Assembly: GCF_041956535.1 (NCBI RefSeq)
Contig: NW_027192191.1
Span: 817,443 to 881,442 of the forward strand
Source: Calcarisporiella thermophila CBS 279.70
Lineage: Eukaryota; Fungi; Calcarisporiellomycota
Length of the DNA stretch: 64,000 nucleotides
Reading direction: 5' to 3'
This document shows positions 62,485-64,000 of the stretch, in pieces; the first letter of the stretch is position 1, and each line of letters starts with the position of its first letter. The notes below the pieces were generated by a model. That model ran no database searches. It was not told where the DNA came from and saw nothing but the letters and a program-made list of their open reading frames with translations. Both the position numbers and the translations under genes were made by a program.

Positions 62485-64000
62485 TTAACCCGCCTTCACA
62501 GTGTAGGTCGTGGGGTGCATCTGGAGGTTGTCGATCTCCGGGTTGAAGCGGATGGGTCGGGTCTTGCGAATGATCCAGATACGGAAGGTGGTGTAGGCAA
62601 TAAGAAGGAAGCCGAAGGCGATAGGGATGAGCCAGAACATGGGCGAGAGACGCCAGGAGGTGCCAAAAGGAATGTTAAAAGGGGGAATGTAAACGATTGC
62701 CATCGCAAGCACAGCACCCCCCGCCAAACCAGCAAAGTTGTAAGGGTTGCTGAACATGAATTTGCCAAAAGGCAGGCGCAGACGTGCTTTGCATGCAAAC
62801 ATGTTGAAGGCCTGCATGATCATGATGCTCAGATAGAGAATGGATTGTCCTTGTGCGAGAGCATCCTTCTGTTCCAAGTACGTGAGAACTCGACCCGAGG
62901 CGGTTGTATAGTTAGGCGAATCATCCCGGAAATAACTACCCTCCAGAGCCATCTGACGACAGTCATAGGGAGAAATGCCGTGATAATTCAACACAACAAA
63001 GAAGGATAGCATGCTTGCAATGGTCTCCATGATACCCGCTTCAAGATAGGCCCATAAGAGTAGGTCACCGTCCACAAGCAATTCCGCGCCCGTGGAATCA
63101 ATGAGGTTCTCGCGCCAGAAATCAAGAGTGAACACACGTTTGACACGATGGGCCATCGTTGCGACGCGCCCTGGATGCACTGCTTCGCCGGTTTCTTCGT
63201 CAATGCGGGTAGGCAAGCGGCGAAGGGCAATCCGCCGAAGTCGCTCAATGGATCGGGAAGTAACAGGCTTACGGGGCTGTAATTTCATCAGACCGGACTT
63301 AGTTTCGGGTTTATCCCAGGCGAAGGAAAGAGCAAGGAATAGCTCAAAGCCAAGATCGATCACGAGAATAAGAATGGCCGAGATACCCAAAGGAATGGGA
63401 GCAACGACGTAGAGGAGCTGGGGTACTACCTCAGGGGTCGAGTGCGAGATAGTGTAGCGGATGGATTTCTTTAGGTTAGTGAAGATCAAACGGCCCTCTT
63501 CGATACCGTGGACGGTGGATGCAAAGTTGTCGTCCAGAAGGATCATGGCAGCAGCCTCCTTCGACACGTCACTGCCGGATTGATTCATAGCAATGCCGAG
63601 GTCGGCTTTCTTCAGAGCGGGGGAATCGTTCACACCATCACCTGTTACGCCGACGATATGTCCCATCGATTGGGCACGTTTAACGATCTCTAGCTTGTGG
63701 CGGGGCGAGGTACGCGCAAAAATGATCTCCGTCTTTGAGAAAATACGATCCCATTCTTGGTCGGTGAGCGCGTCGATCATTTCTCCGTGGATGACAATGG
63801 CATCATATTCATCCTCTCCCACATCGTCGACCTGACGCCCAGTACGTTTTGCAACCATTTCGCGTGTATCCGACAAGACCAAGTTAATTTTCCGACCGAT
63901 GGCCTCTGCAGTGAGAGGATGGTCTCCCGTCACCATCATGACTTTAATGCCAGCAGAGCGGCAGCGGCCAATAGCCTCACGAACGCCATGTTTGGGTGGA
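62485..64000 (-). CDS. P-type ATPase, Na+/K+- or H+/K+-like (type IIC) alpha subunit; C-terminal part, continues beyond the window
   Basis: MVTGDHPLTA, FARTSPRHK, VTGDGVNDSPALKKADLGIAM, GIEEGRLIFTNLKKSI, C-terminal TM helices. Confidence 0.92.
   Translation of the reverse strand, partial: PPKHGVREAIGRCRSAGIKVMMVTGDHPLTAEAIGRKINLVLSDTREMVAKRTGRQVDDVGEDEYDAIVIHGEMIDALTDQEWDRIFSKTEIIFARTSPRHKLEIVKRAQSMGHIVGVTGDGVNDSPALKKADLGIAMNQSGSDVSKEAAAMILLDDNFASTVHGIEEGRLIFTNLKKSIRYTISHSTPEVVPQLLYVVAPIPLGISAILILVIDLGFELFLALSFAWDKPETKSGLMKLQPRKPVTSRSIERLRRIALRRLPTRIDEETGEAVHPGRVATMAHRVKRVFTLDFWRENLIDSTGAELLVDGDLLLWAYLEAGIMETIASMLSFFVVLNYHGISPYDCRQMALEGSYFRDDSPNYTTASGRVLTYLEQKDALAQGQSILYLSIMIMQAFNMFACKARLRLPFGKFMFSNPYNFAGLAGGAVLAMAIVYIPPFNIPFGTSWRLSPMFWLIPIAFGFLLIAYTTFRIWIIRKTRPIRFNPEIDNLQMHPTTYTVKAG

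Overview
Eukaryotic, intron-rich, AT-rich DNA from what looks like an early-diverging fungus (Mucoromycota/Zoopagomycota-like; inferred from gene content, ~50-100 nt introns and the style of the Gcn4-like bZIP). The ORF track fragments most genes, so the models below were spliced by eye and exon-level coordinates are approximate. The window holds about 24 protein-coding genes. Most are housekeeping: GET2, eIF2B-delta, mitochondrial 2-Cys peroxiredoxin, RNA15/CstF-64, UDP-Gal transporter, TSC10, GST-zeta, calcineurin A, WRAP73, VPS60, MRC1, Gcn4-like bZIP, SLC35C2-like transporter, RXT3, ABCC transporter, GET1, NIPA Mg transporter and a partial Na/K-type P-ATPase. It also contains an unknown helical-repeat gene, a decayed Ty3/gypsy chromovirus, a frameshifted DUF2235/Tle1-like lipase and four small secreted Cys-rich proteins. 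Most notable: (1) the RNA15 RRM is split by a 278-nt intron that can only be removed in frame as a non-canonical AT-AC intron with a U2-like donor, and a consensus U12 donor 31 nt inside it would give a premature stop, suggesting a regulatory switch; (2) a signal-peptide precursor carrying two RRR-preceded Cx3Cx7CxC cores; (3) two dispersed paralogs of an 8-Cys secreted peptide family; (4) uORF architecture on the Gcn4-like and TSC10 leaders; (5) a perfect 21-bp palindrome and a 151-bp tandem duplication in one intergenic region.
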